Shown here: in pieces, positions 38,711 to 47,734 of the stretch | Layout: each line of letters starts with the position of its first letter | Numbering within the stretch: position 1 is the first letter of the stretch | IMG/VR virus record: IMGVR_UViG_3300043112_000063 | Coordinates: 1-64,000 of that record | Strand: one strand, 5' to 3' | DNA length: 64,000 bases | DNA from: a virus | The notes under the pieces: generated by a model | Seen by the model: the letters and a program-made list of their open reading frames with translations, nothing else | What the model was told of the DNA's origin: nothing | Databases searched by the model: none | Made by a program: the position numbers and the translations under genes

Positions 38711-38795
38711 GGCGTTGAGGACGATATAGGTCGAGTCGCAGGGCTTTCAACCCTGTTCATATGTTAAGTGGGTTCGATTCCCATCAACGTCACCA
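38711..38795 (+). tRNA. tRNA-Glu(TTC), atypical with 12-nt variable region
   Basis: CAGGG-CTTTCAA-CCCTG anticodon arm; T arm; CCA. Confidence 0.75.
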
Positions 38796-38799
38796 ATAC

Positions 38800-38889
38800 G
38801 GAGGATTAGTCAAACGGTTACGACAGCGGCTTGCTAAGCCGTCAAGTCCCGAAAGGGATGTGCAGGTTCGAGTCCTGTATCCTCCGCCA
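38800..38889 (+). tRNA. tRNA-Ser(GCT)
   Basis: Class II cloverleaf, G73. Confidence 0.9.
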
Positions 38890-39025
38890 GATAGTTAACA
38901 ACAAAATATTCAAGGGATAGCACTGCTGGCCACAGGAAAGTAAACCCAAGTATAGTTGAGTAAACTCGAGATGACATCCTCATTGAATTGGGAATAGTGA
39001 ATTATTTGAATATTTTGTTTATTAT

Positions 39026-39100
39026 AGGAGTGTAGCCAAATGGAAAGGCACTTGACTTTGAATCAAGTAATTGGAGGTTCGAATCCTCTCACTCCCACCA
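39026..39100 (+). tRNA. tRNA-Gln(TTG)
   Basis: Cloverleaf with 1-72 mismatch; CCA. Confidence 0.85.
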
Positions 39101-39240
39101 AAAAATTAATAATACAAGAAGTTATCGAAACGAGTGTTTAGTAAAGTGGTCAATACTTGTACACCAAAACAAGCACACCATTTGAAAGACACGAGGAGTA
39201 AATAGTGTTGGATTGGTAATCCTGAACTTGTATTATATAT

Positions 39241-39329
39241 GGGGATGCGACAACGATGGCGTGTTGTAACAGGCTGTAACCCTGTCGCCTTAACGGGCTT
39301 AGTAGGTTCGAATCCTATCATCCTCACCA
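39241..39329 (+). tRNA. tRNA-Tyr(GTA)
   Basis: Class II cloverleaf. Confidence 0.88.
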
Positions 39330-39332
39330 TAC

Positions 39333-39408
39333 AGGAGTGTAGTTCAATTGGTAGAACGTTGGTCTCCAAAACCAAATGTTGCAGGTTCGAGTCCTGTCAT
39401 TCCTGCCA
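39333..39408 (+). tRNA. tRNA-Trp(CCA)
   Basis: Cloverleaf, G73. Confidence 0.9.
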
Positions 39409-39430
39409 TTATAATACGAAAGGAACTAAA

Positions 39431-39862
39431 ATGATAGACGAGTTTAGAAAAGAATACAGTTTTTTGAGTAACTTTTATACAGTACCGCTAGTATATAAGG
39501 GTCTTGGTTATCCAAGTGCTGAGAACGCATTCCAAGCACAAAAATCAACGGAAGAATATCATAAGTTTGCATTTACACACATTACTCCAAAAGAAGCAAA
39601 ACAATTAGGTAAGCGAGTTCCATTAAGAAGAGATTGGGAAAGAATAAAAGATACCATAATGTATGAAATATGTAAAGAAAAGTTTAAGAATAAAGAATTA
39701 AGAAAACGCCTACTCGATACTGGTAGTGAGCCTTTAAAAGAAGGAAACTACTGGCATGATACTTACTGGGGCGTATCCTTAAAAACTGGTAAGGGACTAA
39801 ATAAACTTGGGAATATTTTAATGCAGATTAGGGAGGAAATACGTGAAGGAGAGATTACGTAG
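39431..39862 (+). CDS. NADAR (YbiA-like) family protein
   Basis: FLSNFY, SAENAFQAQK, DTYWG, GLNKLGNILMQIR; start moved past the tRNAs. Confidence 0.9.
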   Translation: MIDEFRKEYSFLSNFYTVPLVYKGLGYPSAENAFQAQKSTEEYHKFAFTHITPKEAKQLGKRVPLRRDWERIKDTIMYEICKEKFKNKELRKRLLDTGSEPLKEGNYWHDTYWGVSLKTGKGLNKLGNILMQIREEIREGEIT

Positions 39863-40214
39863 AATAAAAGAATTAACTAAACATAAAGTAGCATTTTTTA
39901 AATACGAAAAGAAAATACTTGGTAAACACACTCTTAGAGGGCTAACACACGATTTAGATAAGTTACTGTTATACCTAACACCCTTACCGATAAAATACGT
40001 TAGAGCGCGACATAAAGCCCGTGCTAGACACCATAATCCAACTACAACTAGAGATTATGAGGAGAAACTTGTTGATTATGAGTGTGCTAGGTTTACAAAA
40101 AGAAATAGTAAATTAACAGCAATACAATACATAAAGAAAAAATATCCTTATGAGAAAAATATACACAGAATAACTCTGTTAGCATTAGCTCAATATTACG
40201 GACTAAAGGAGTAG
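39843..40214 (+). CDS. HD-domain-like protein
   Basis: THDLDK...RHH...DYEC. Confidence 0.55.
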   Translation: MKERLRRIKELTKHKVAFFKYEKKILGKHTLRGLTHDLDKLLLYLTPLPIKYVRARHKARARHHNPTTTRDYEEKLVDYECARFTKRNSKLTAIQYIKKKYPYEKNIHRITLLALAQYYGLKE

Positions 40215-40219
40215 ATTAG

Positions 40220-40843
40220 ATGGAATATGTGATATCAGACTTACACGGTAATCACACTAAATTACGGGAAAGAACAAGAACACAATTTAAAACTAATGAG
40301 GAAATGTCTGAACACATTGTGAGTTGTTGGAATAAAACCGTTAGTAAAAATGATATTGTCTATTTACTTGGAGATGTTGGAGATAAAAAGTTTATTGAAA
40401 AATATATACCACAATTAAGAGGAACAATAGCACTTATATTAGGTAATCATGACGGATATAGTAAAACATTTTATAGAAAACATTTCGACTATGTTTATAA
40501 TAAGCCTTTTTGGTTATCAAGAAGAATATTATTATCACACTATCCACAACCAGTAGAAGACGGGAAAATAAACATACACGGACATACTCACGACATATCA
40601 TTAAGTTTAGGTAATTATTTTAATGTTAGTGTTGATGTTGTTGATTATACTCCTGTAAAAATGAAACGTTTTTACGACGAACTTGGAAAAATAAACAAGC
40701 CGAATTGTAAGTTTATGTATGAGTGGTATGCTAAGTATCAAATTCCAGTTTTACATAGAGATAAAGTAGTGCTAAAGAAAAACGGTTTAGTAAATGTAAA
40801 TAAATCTAGACGTAAATTATACGGTACTACATACGACGTATAG
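40220..40843 (+). CDS. Calcineurin-like metallophosphoesterase
   Basis: SDLH, LGD, GNHD, HGHTH. Confidence 0.9.
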   Translation: MEYVISDLHGNHTKLRERTRTQFKTNEEMSEHIVSCWNKTVSKNDIVYLLGDVGDKKFIEKYIPQLRGTIALILGNHDGYSKTFYRKHFDYVYNKPFWLSRRILLSHYPQPVEDGKINIHGHTHDISLSLGNYFNVSVDVVDYTPVKMKRFYDELGKINKPNCKFMYEWYAKYQIPVLHRDKVVLKKNGLVNVNKSRRKLYGTTYDV

Positions 40844-40902
40844 GAGGTTCCATATGAAAAAATTAAATGCCTTGTAATTAAATAATTAAGGAGGCGTTCA
40901 AA

Positions 40903-41142
40903 TTGATTAATGGACACAATGAAACACAAAGAAGACTTGAGAAACAATACAAAACCTGCCCGAGGAATAATGTCTACTATAATGGTGAAAAAGGCTATTA
41001 TGTAGAGGAGAAATGGAAACCTAAGGCTGCTATTAAGTTTAAGAAAAAAGAAAACAATAGGAGACTTAGACGATACAAAGGAGAATTAAGTAACGGTAAT
41101 TATTATCGTAAAGTTTCGGAGATGTGGTGGGATATTTATTAA
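40903..41142 (+). CDS. Hypothetical basic protein
   Basis: GGAGG SD; ORF. Confidence 0.55.
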   Translation: MINGHNETQRRLEKQYKTCPRNNVYYNGEKGYYVEEKWKPKAAIKFKKKENNRRLRRYKGELSNGNYYRKVSEMWWDIY

Positions 41143-41195
41143 AAGAAAATAAGGGCATTCAGTAATCTTCGGACACTGTTGTTAGTCCCGTACTT

Positions 41196-41272
41196 TGCGG
41201 GGGAGTGAAACGGATAATCATATTGGGCTCATTACCCAAAGATAGCAGGTTCGACTCCTGCACCCGCAACCA
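41196..41272 (+). tRNA. tRNA-fMet(CAT), initiator
   Basis: Three consecutive G-C pairs in the anticodon stem. Confidence 0.8.
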
Positions 41273-41409
41273 TTTTAATTTTTTGGAGGAGATAATATAT
41301 GTGGAAGTATATTAAAAGAATTTTTACAGTAGATAGAGAATACAAACGTTTATTACTTATTAGAGAAATTGAAGAGAACTTAAGATTTAAGTAATCTTAG
41401 GTATCTAAT

Positions 41410-41485
41410 GTACCAGTAGCTCAACTGGATGAGCACGGTCCTTCTAAGGCCGCGGATACAGGTTCGAATCCTGTCTGGTACGCCA
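41410..41485 (+). tRNA. tRNA-Arg(TCT)
   Basis: Cloverleaf, CCA. Confidence 0.9.
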
Positions 41486-41509
41486 TTATAAGAAAGGAAT
41501 ATATTTTAT

Positions 41510-42139
41510 ATGAAGGGTTTATTTATTACGTTTGAAGGAGTAGAGGGTTCTGGAAAAACTACCATCATCTCTAATGTTTATAAACAACTTAAAGAAAAAG
41601 GTTTTGATGTTTTGGTAACAAGGGAGCCTGGAGGAATTAAAATAGCAGAACAAATAAGAAAGGTTATTTTAGATGTTACAAATACCGAGATGGACAAAAG
41701 AACCGAAGCCCTACTTTTTGCGGCGGCAAGAAGACAACACCTAGTAGAAAAGATAATACCAGCATTAAACGAGGATAAAATAGTTTTGTGCGATAGGTTT
41801 ATTGACAGCTCATTAGTTTATCAAGGTTTAGCAAGAGATTTAGGAGTAGACGCTGTATATGATGTTAATAGATTTGCTATTGGAAGTCATATGCCTAACT
41901 TAACTATATTACTTGATGTTGAGCCAGAAATAGGACTAAAAAGGATTATGAACAGTACTAGAGAAGTTAATAGATTAGATTTAGAGAAATTAGACTTTCA
42001 TAAAAAGATATATTTTGGATATAGAGATTTTGCTTTACAGTTTCCAAATAGAATTAAAACTGTTGACGCAGAACAAGAAGTAAGTAAAGTACTAGAAGAT
42101 TGTATGAAAATAATTATTAGTAAAATAAACGAAAAATAG
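41510..42139 (+). CDS. tmk: Thymidylate kinase
   Basis: FITFEGVEGSGKTT, TREPGG, LCDRFIDSS. Confidence 0.95.
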   Translation: MKGLFITFEGVEGSGKTTIISNVYKQLKEKGFDVLVTREPGGIKIAEQIRKVILDVTNTEMDKRTEALLFAAARRQHLVEKIIPALNEDKIVLCDRFIDSSLVYQGLARDLGVDAVYDVNRFAIGSHMPNLTILLDVEPEIGLKRIMNSTREVNRLDLEKLDFHKKIYFGYRDFALQFPNRIKTVDAEQEVSKVLEDCMKIIISKINEK

Positions 42140-42141
42140 TT

Positions 42142-42217
42142 GTATCCGTAGCTTAACTGGAAAAGCATTGGTCTACGGAACCAAAGGATGAAGGTTCGAC
42201 TCCTTTCGGATATGCCA
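42142..42217 (+). tRNA. tRNA-Arg(ACG)
   Basis: Cloverleaf, CCA. Confidence 0.9.
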
Positions 42218-42220
42218 TAT

Positions 42221-42350
42221 GGCGAGATGGCGGAAATACGTTAGACGTACCCTCAGGAAAGAGGGGAAGGTAATAGGATAATTAGGTGAAGTCGACTATA
42301 AACTAGTTACAAATAACTTCGTGTAGGTTCAAATCCTACTCTCGCTACCA
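42221..42350 (+). ncRNA. tRNA-Leu-like RNA with a 6-nt non-decoding loop and a ~55-nt extended variable arm
   Basis: GGCGAGA/TCTCGCT acceptor, A73-CCA, GTAGG-TTCAAAT-CCTAC T arm, CCCTC-AGGAAA-GAGGG stem. Confidence 0.75.
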
Positions 42351-42457
42351 TTAAAAATAAAGGTTAATAGTAAGTAGAGGAGATTAATTATTTACTATTG
42401 TAAAGAACTGAAAACCCGTTTAATCAATGTTTGCCGAGGCAGTTCTTCCCTTATATA

Positions 42458-42532
42458 CACGCAGTAGCCAAGAGGAAAGGCGGTAGGTTGCAAACCTGTC
42501 TATCGTGGGTTCGATTCCCATCTGCGTGTCCA
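42458..42532 (+). tRNA. tRNA-Cys(GCA)
   Basis: U73, CCA. Confidence 0.88.
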
Positions 42533-42616
42533 AAAATAAATAATTTGGAAATACATTAGTTTATAGGGATGTACAGTTAGGTTGATGGGTGTGAACGGGT
42601 TAGACTTAACATAGAT

Positions 42617-42704
42617 GGAGGAGTGCACTAATTGGTAGGTGACCTGTCTTGAAAACAGACGTGCGAGCAATCGTGTGCAGGTTCGAGTCCTGTCTCCTCC
42701 GCCA
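42617..42704 (+). tRNA. tRNA-Ser(TGA)
   Basis: Class II cloverleaf. Confidence 0.9.
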
Positions 42705-42727
42705 GATTTAATTTTAAGGGAGTAGTT

Positions 42728-42949
42728 ATGTTTAGATTAGAATATATCAATAGAAATACTACAAACAAGTGGGAGTTTATTGACAACTTTAAAACGGAAA
42801 AGGAAGCACACGATAATATGAAAGAGTTTTTTCGTAAGCATAACTTTACTTCTTACTATTTAAGAATGATGGCTGAAGACGACGAAGGTTATAAATGGTA
42901 TGATTTTGGTAGTCACAGTCAATTCTACAGAATCAAAGAAGTACAATAA
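42728..42949 (+). CDS. Hypothetical protein
   Basis: YLRM...WYDFGSHSQFY; SD present. Confidence 0.7.
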   Translation: MFRLEYINRNTTNKWEFIDNFKTEKEAHDNMKEFFRKHNFTSYYLRMMAEDDEGYKWYDFGSHSQFYRIKEVQ

Positions 42950-42954
42950 AATAT

Positions 42955-43030
42955 GTGGACGTAGCTCAGTTGGAAGAGCAGCGGACTTTTAATTCGCGGG
43001 TCGGAGGTTCGAGCCCTCTCGTCCACACCA
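42955..43030 (+). tRNA. tRNA-Lys(TTT)
   Basis: Cloverleaf, CCA. Confidence 0.9.
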
Positions 43031-43145
43031 AATTAATAAACTTTTCTAGAAGACGCTAATCCTATTAGTAAGATATTAAGTTGTCAACGTACTGAAAATA
43101 GGAAATTAAAGAATGACAGACTTGGTGTTTTCTAGAACGTTATAT

Positions 43146-43539
43146 GGGGTTGTACTGGATTCGACAGAGTAATAAGAGTATAATTAGCATAGGTTCGGTG
43201 GAACTAAAACACACGATTAAATAATCGGAAACTTATTTACAAAAGCAGTTAGTTGGGTAAAGAGTTTATTCTCTAGACCAACTGTTGCACTTTCAGTCTA
43301 AGAAGAGATTGAACGGTTTACTACAATTTTAGTTATTATTTGTAGATAAACTGACAGTAAAATAACTAGCTCTATTCGATGTCGGGAGGGTAGAGATGTA
43401 AATGGCCGATGAATTGTTGCGTGGTGTTTGTTTATTTAAAAACGTAATGGATTCTAAAATAAAAGAAAATAAACTAACTATGTAGAATATTGTATCACTG
43501 TTATTGTGGACAGGGGTTCAACTCCCCTCAACTCCACCA
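43146..43539 (+). ncRNA. ssrA: tmRNA; predicted tag (A)GNLFTKAVSWVKSLFSRPTVALSV*
   Basis: 5' GGGGTTG...GGATTCGAC; 3' GGACAGGGGTTCAACTCCCCTCAACTCCACCA; G3:U70; tag ORF 43227-43301. Confidence 0.9.
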
Positions 43540-43681
43540 AATAAAACATATAAAGAGATAACGGCCTTAAACTTTAGTGATTAAGACGGAATTCCTCAGA
43601 GGAGATATCGATAAATACTGAAACCTCTAAACGTGTAAATAAGCCATACTTGTGATTACACTTATCTCTTTATGTATATAC

Positions 43682-43768
43682 GGGTATGTGACGCAACTGG
43701 TAGACGTGATGGACTTAAAATCCATTGGTCGTAAGGCCTTGAGGGTTCGACTCCCTTCATACCCACCA
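43682..43768 (+). tRNA. tRNA-Leu(TAA)
   Basis: Class II cloverleaf. Confidence 0.9.
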
Positions 43769-43788
43769 TTAAAAGAAAGAAGGAAATT

Positions 43789-44013
43789 ATGTTTAGTTTA
43801 CAGAAACTTATATATGAAGTTATATCACCAAGATTATCGAATAAATCTAATTATATTGCTTATTTAGGAAATAGTAGAGAAAATTATTTACGTTTTAAAA
43901 AAACATTCAAATACGATAAAAAATTAGTTTTTGTTTGTGATTACTCTAATGTTGCTGGAAGAGCTTTTGTTGGCTATATAATTGATGCTGAATTATTATC
44001 GGATTTTCTATAA
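43789..44013 (+). CDS. Hypothetical protein
   Basis: ORF with SD; terminator at ~44020-44046. Confidence 0.55.
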   Translation: MFSLQKLIYEVISPRLSNKSNYIAYLGNSRENYLRFKKTFKYDKKLVFVCDYSNVAGRAFVGYIIDAELLSDFL

Positions 44014-44065
44014 TAAACAAGACAGTCACTTTGTTGACTGTTTTTAGTTTGTCAACTATTAACTC

Positions 44066-44094
44066 TTTACATTTCATACCCTTTATGGTATAAT
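44066..44094 (+). promoter_or_regulatory. Sigma-A promoter TTTACA-17-TATAAT (extended -10) for replication genes
   Basis: Same CTCTTTAC consensus at 8269, 33470, 33680, 37366. Confidence 0.75.
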
Positions 44095-44119
44095 ATTTAA
44101 AGTAGGGGAGGTTTTTTTT

Positions 44120-47020
44120 ATTAATACATTATACATAAATATAGGAAAGAAAATACATACAACAGGAAGAAGTCCTAGAGCTTTGTATTTAACCTGTGAT
44201 TTTAACCTTTCCATAATACATAAAATATTAGGACTTAAAACTAAATACTATCATCCAAACTTGGAAATGTGGGAAGTACCATTTGGAGATTTAGACTTAG
44301 TTCAGTACACATTTGCAGAGGATAATATCGTAACAAATGACGATAAGATACAAAAGAAGATAGACCAATATAAAGAATCCGTTAAACCCATAATTGAAAG
44401 TGAACCAGTAAGCACATACGTTTTTAAAACAAAACCGTTTAAGCATCAATTGGACTGTTTTTACTATGGTTTGGAACACGATAGATTTTTACTTGCGGAT
44501 GACCAAGGACTTGGAAAAGCGCAACCTTTAGATAGTATTGTGTACACTCCAGAAGGACGAACAACAATGGGAGATATTAAACTTGGGGACGATATTTTAG
44601 GTAGAGATGGTAAAACATATAAAGTTCTTGGTGTTTATCCACAAGGTAAGAAAGATATTTATAAGATAACATTTGATGACGGTAGTGTTGTCGAGACTTG
44701 TGATGAGCATTTGTGGACGGTTAAAAATACTTCGCGTAAAAAAATGGAAAATCCTTGGTTTACTACGGATTTAAAAAGTATAATGAAAACAATATCTAAA
44801 AAACAACGGTATTGGATTCCAATGACAAAACCAGTTCACTTTAAAGAAACAAGTATTCCTTTACATCCGTATTTAATTGGCGTATTATTAGGAGACGGAG
44901 GAATAACAAAGTCAGCTTTTCTAACTACAGCAGATAAGGAAATCCACGACAATGTCGTTAGTTATTTACCAAAAAACCACGAGTTGAAAAAAGTTTCTAA
45001 GTATAGTTATTGTATTGTAAATGGTGGCAGTTTTAATTCTAACAATGTTAAAATATATACACAGGATAAATCTAAGTTATTATTTTCTGGGAATATAAAC
45101 GAAGGTGCGAAGTGGCTAATAGATAATAAGTACTCAAAATCTAAATACTGTAAGAAGTATTTACATCATTCTTTATTAACACTTAGTCCTATACGATATG
45201 GACTTTATATTGAAAATGAAGAACCAAAGTATAGAGGCAATAATAAAGTAGTTAATTATCTAAAAGATTTAAGGTTACTTGGAACAAATAGTCATACAAA
45301 GTTTATTCCGGATAACTATCTATATAATAGTCTTGGTAATAGAATTGCTTTATTACAAGGACTTATTGATACTGATGGTTACGTTTCTAAAACGGGAATT
45401 TTACAATATACATCCGTTTCAAAACAGTTAATAGAGAATGTTAAAGAATTAGTTCAGTCTTTAGGTGGAAATGCTAGATTAAGTATAAAGGATAATCAAT
45501 ATTATACATTAACTATTAATTTACCAGAAGAAATACAACCTTGTAGATTAAATAGAAAACTAAAGCGATACCATAAGAGAAAGCATTATTATAAACCGAG
45601 AAGAATTATTAATAAAATTGAGTTTGTTGGTAAAAAAGAGGCTCAGTGTATTAGAACGTCTGCAAAAGATAGTTTATACCTTACCGATGAATTCATAGTT
45701 ACACACAACACAAAGCAAGTTATTGATTTAGCTGTAAATCGTAAGCATATGATAAATCACTGTCTTATTGTTTGTGGTGTTAATACCCTTAAATGGAATT
45801 GGCTAGAAGAAATACAGACGCATTCAAATGAGAGCGCAAAAGTAATCGGTAGTTATGTTAATACAAAAGGACGTCTTGTGCAAGGTGGTATGGATAAAAA
45901 GTTAGAATACTTAGATTCAGATTTTGACGATTTTTTCATTATTACAAATATGGAATCGTTAAGAAATAAAATGTTCTTGCAAAAAATGGAAAACCTTATA
46001 AGTACTGGTGAAGTAAATATGGTTGCTATTGACGAGATACATAAAATGAAATCTTCTACAAGTAAAGTAGGTAAAGCAATTCATAAATTACAAAGTTACT
46101 ATAGAGTCGGTCTCAGCGGAACACCATTAATCACAAATGCTTTAGACTTATACAATATACTTAAATGGTTAGGAGAAGAAAATGGTACATTAACTAACTT
46201 TAAATATAATTATTGTATATTTGGAGGTTTTGGCGGAAGAGAAATTGTCGGTTATAAAAATATGGAGGACCTAAGGCAACGTGTTGAAAACATACAACTT
46301 AGGCGACTAAAAGAAGACGTATTTGATTTACCACCAAAACTACATCAAAATGTTTATGTAGAATTAGAAGGTAAACAAAGAAAACTTTATAAACTAATTG
46401 AAGCGGAATTAATAGAAAAAATAAACGATATTGTTCTTAGTCCAAATCCTTTAGCGAAGTTAACTAGACTAAGACAGGTTACAAGTGCTCCTGGAATATT
46501 AGACGAAGATACTGGTTATGGGGCTAAGATAGATAGACTTGTTGAAATAGTAGATGAAGTAACTACGCAAGGACATAAAGTATTAGTTTATAGTAACTGG
46601 ACACAAGTTTTACATCAAGTTAAAAAGGCGTTGGACCACCATAATCCTTTGATGTACACAGGAGAACAAAACGAGAGTATTAGAAACCAAAATAAAAACA
46701 CTTTCCAAAACGATGAAAGTAGAAAAGTTATTGTTGGTACAGTTGGTGCTATGGGAACTGGTATTACATTAAATAAAGGTAGTTATGTTATCTTCTTAGA
46801 TGTTCCGTGGTCACCACAAGATAAAAAACAAGCGGAAGATAGAGCACATAGAATTGGAACAAATCATACAGTTAATGTACTAACATTTATTACTAGAGAT
46901 ACTGTTGATGAATATATAGAAGAAATAGTTTACAAGAAGAGTGAATTGAGTAATTATTTAGTAGACGGAAAAATTGAAAATAACGCTAAACTTCTTGTTA
47001 AATCATTACTTGGATTGTAA
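44120..47020 (+). CDS. SNF2-family helicase containing an intein (start possibly ATT at 44120)
   Basis: LADDQGLGK/T, DEIH, SGTP, QAEDRAHRIG. Confidence 0.88.
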   Translation: MNTLYINIGKKIHTTGRSPRALYLTCDFNLSIIHKILGLKTKYYHPNLEMWEVPFGDLDLVQYTFAEDNIVTNDDKIQKKIDQYKESVKPIIESEPVSTYVFKTKPFKHQLDCFYYGLEHDRFLLADDQGLGKAQPLDSIVYTPEGRTTMGDIKLGDDILGRDGKTYKVLGVYPQGKKDIYKITFDDGSVVETCDEHLWTVKNTSRKKMENPWFTTDLKSIMKTISKKQRYWIPMTKPVHFKETSIPLHPYLIGVLLGDGGITKSAFLTTADKEIHDNVVSYLPKNHELKKVSKYSYCIVNGGSFNSNNVKIYTQDKSKLLFSGNINEGAKWLIDNKYSKSKYCKKYLHHSLLTLSPIRYGLYIENEEPKYRGNNKVVNYLKDLRLLGTNSHTKFIPDNYLYNSLGNRIALLQGLIDTDGYVSKTGILQYTSVSKQLIENVKELVQSLGGNARLSIKDNQYYTLTINLPEEIQPCRLNRKLKRYHKRKHYYKPRRIINKIEFVGKKEAQCIRTSAKDSLYLTDEFIVTHNTKQVIDLAVNRKHMINHCLIVCGVNTLKWNWLEEIQTHSNESAKVIGSYVNTKGRLVQGGMDKKLEYLDSDFDDFFIITNMESLRNKMFLQKMENLISTGEVNMVAIDEIHKMKSSTSKVGKAIHKLQSYYRVGLSGTPLITNALDLYNILKWLGEENGTLTNFKYNYCIFGGFGGREIVGYKNMEDLRQRVENIQLRRLKEDVFDLPPKLHQNVYVELEGKQRKLYKLIEAELIEKINDIVLSPNPLAKLTRLRQVTSAPGILDEDTGYGAKIDRLVEIVDEVTTQGHKVLVYSNWTQVLHQVKKALDHHNPLMYTGEQNESIRNQNKNTFQNDESRKVIVGTVGAMGTGITLNKGSYVIFLDVPWSPQDKKQAEDRAHRIGTNHTVNVLTFITRDTVDEYIEEIVYKKSELSNYLVDGKIENNAKLLVKSLLGL
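44519..45709 (+). mobile_element. Class 3 intein (397 aa) with LAGLIDADG endonuclease
   Basis: Starts AQPLDS, ends VTHN/T in Walker A; W (HLW), C (AQCI), T (THN) triplet; LLGDGG and LIDTDG motifs. Confidence 0.88.
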
Positions 47021-47034
47021 AGGGGGTACAGAAA

Positions 47035-47517
47035 TTGTCTTTAGACAAAACAATTATTGATGCCTATAAGAAACTAAGTTTACAGGATATTCCAGAAGAA
47101 CCAGAGGAACAGTTGTCCGAACTTGGAGATATAGTGCAGAAGTTTTACGATGCTTCTCAAACACGTAAACAAGCAAAAAAAGTAGAAGACAAGTATAAAA
47201 AAGGAATTCTACTTAGAGTTCAGCCAGGAGAAAGTGTAAACTTATCCGACATTGGTTATAATGTAACAATAGGTACAAGAAAGACCATTGATATGGACGA
47301 ACAAAAATTGGAATACTTAGTTAGAGAGGCAATTAAAGAAAACGAAGATTTAAAAGATATACTTGTAACAAAAGAAGTTGTAACTATCGATGAGTTTAAA
47401 TTAAACAAGTATATTGAAGAGGGATTAATTGATGAAAAAGAAGTATCAAGTTGTATTACAATTAAGGAATCACCTATGGTGAAAGTTAAAAAAATTAAAG
47501 ATGGGGGTAAAAAGTAA
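47035..47517 (+). CDS. Hypothetical protein
   Basis: ORF in operon. Confidence 0.7.
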   Translation: MSLDKTIIDAYKKLSLQDIPEEPEEQLSELGDIVQKFYDASQTRKQAKKVEDKYKKGILLRVQPGESVNLSDIGYNVTIGTRKTIDMDEQKLEYLVREAIKENEDLKDILVTKEVVTIDEFKLNKYIEEGLIDEKEVSSCITIKESPMVKVKKIKDGGKK

Positions 47518-47733
47518 ATGGCTAAAGTAAAAGAAATGTCTTTTCACAAAACACTAAAGTTATCACACAGTTATAATTCTTTTGATATTGGTTTTGGTGT
47601 GACTATTGCATTAGAGGGAGACGACTACAAAGACACACAAAAAATTAAAGATATGGGCTGGAATACGGTAGATAACGAATTAGATAAGCAGTTACCTAAG
47701 GTTATTCAAGTATTAACAGAACTAGGAGAATAA
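47518..47733 (+). CDS. Hypothetical protein
   Basis: ORF in operon. Confidence 0.7.
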   Translation: MAKVKEMSFHKTLKLSHSYNSFDIGFGVTIALEGDDYKDTQKIKDMGWNTVDNELDKQLPKVIQVLTELGE

Positions 47734-47734
47734 A

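Noticed and set aside
38711-38795. Selenocysteine or UGA-suppressor tRNA, or alternative genetic code
   Set aside because: The centred anticodon is TTC, not TCA; the acceptor stem is 7 bp; genes read intact in code 11 with TGA used as stop
39239-39430. N-terminal extension of the NADAR ORF, and similar ORFs at 34426, 33777, 35978, 39106, 43652
   Set aside because: They overlap tRNA genes; real starts lie downstream or the ORFs are spurious
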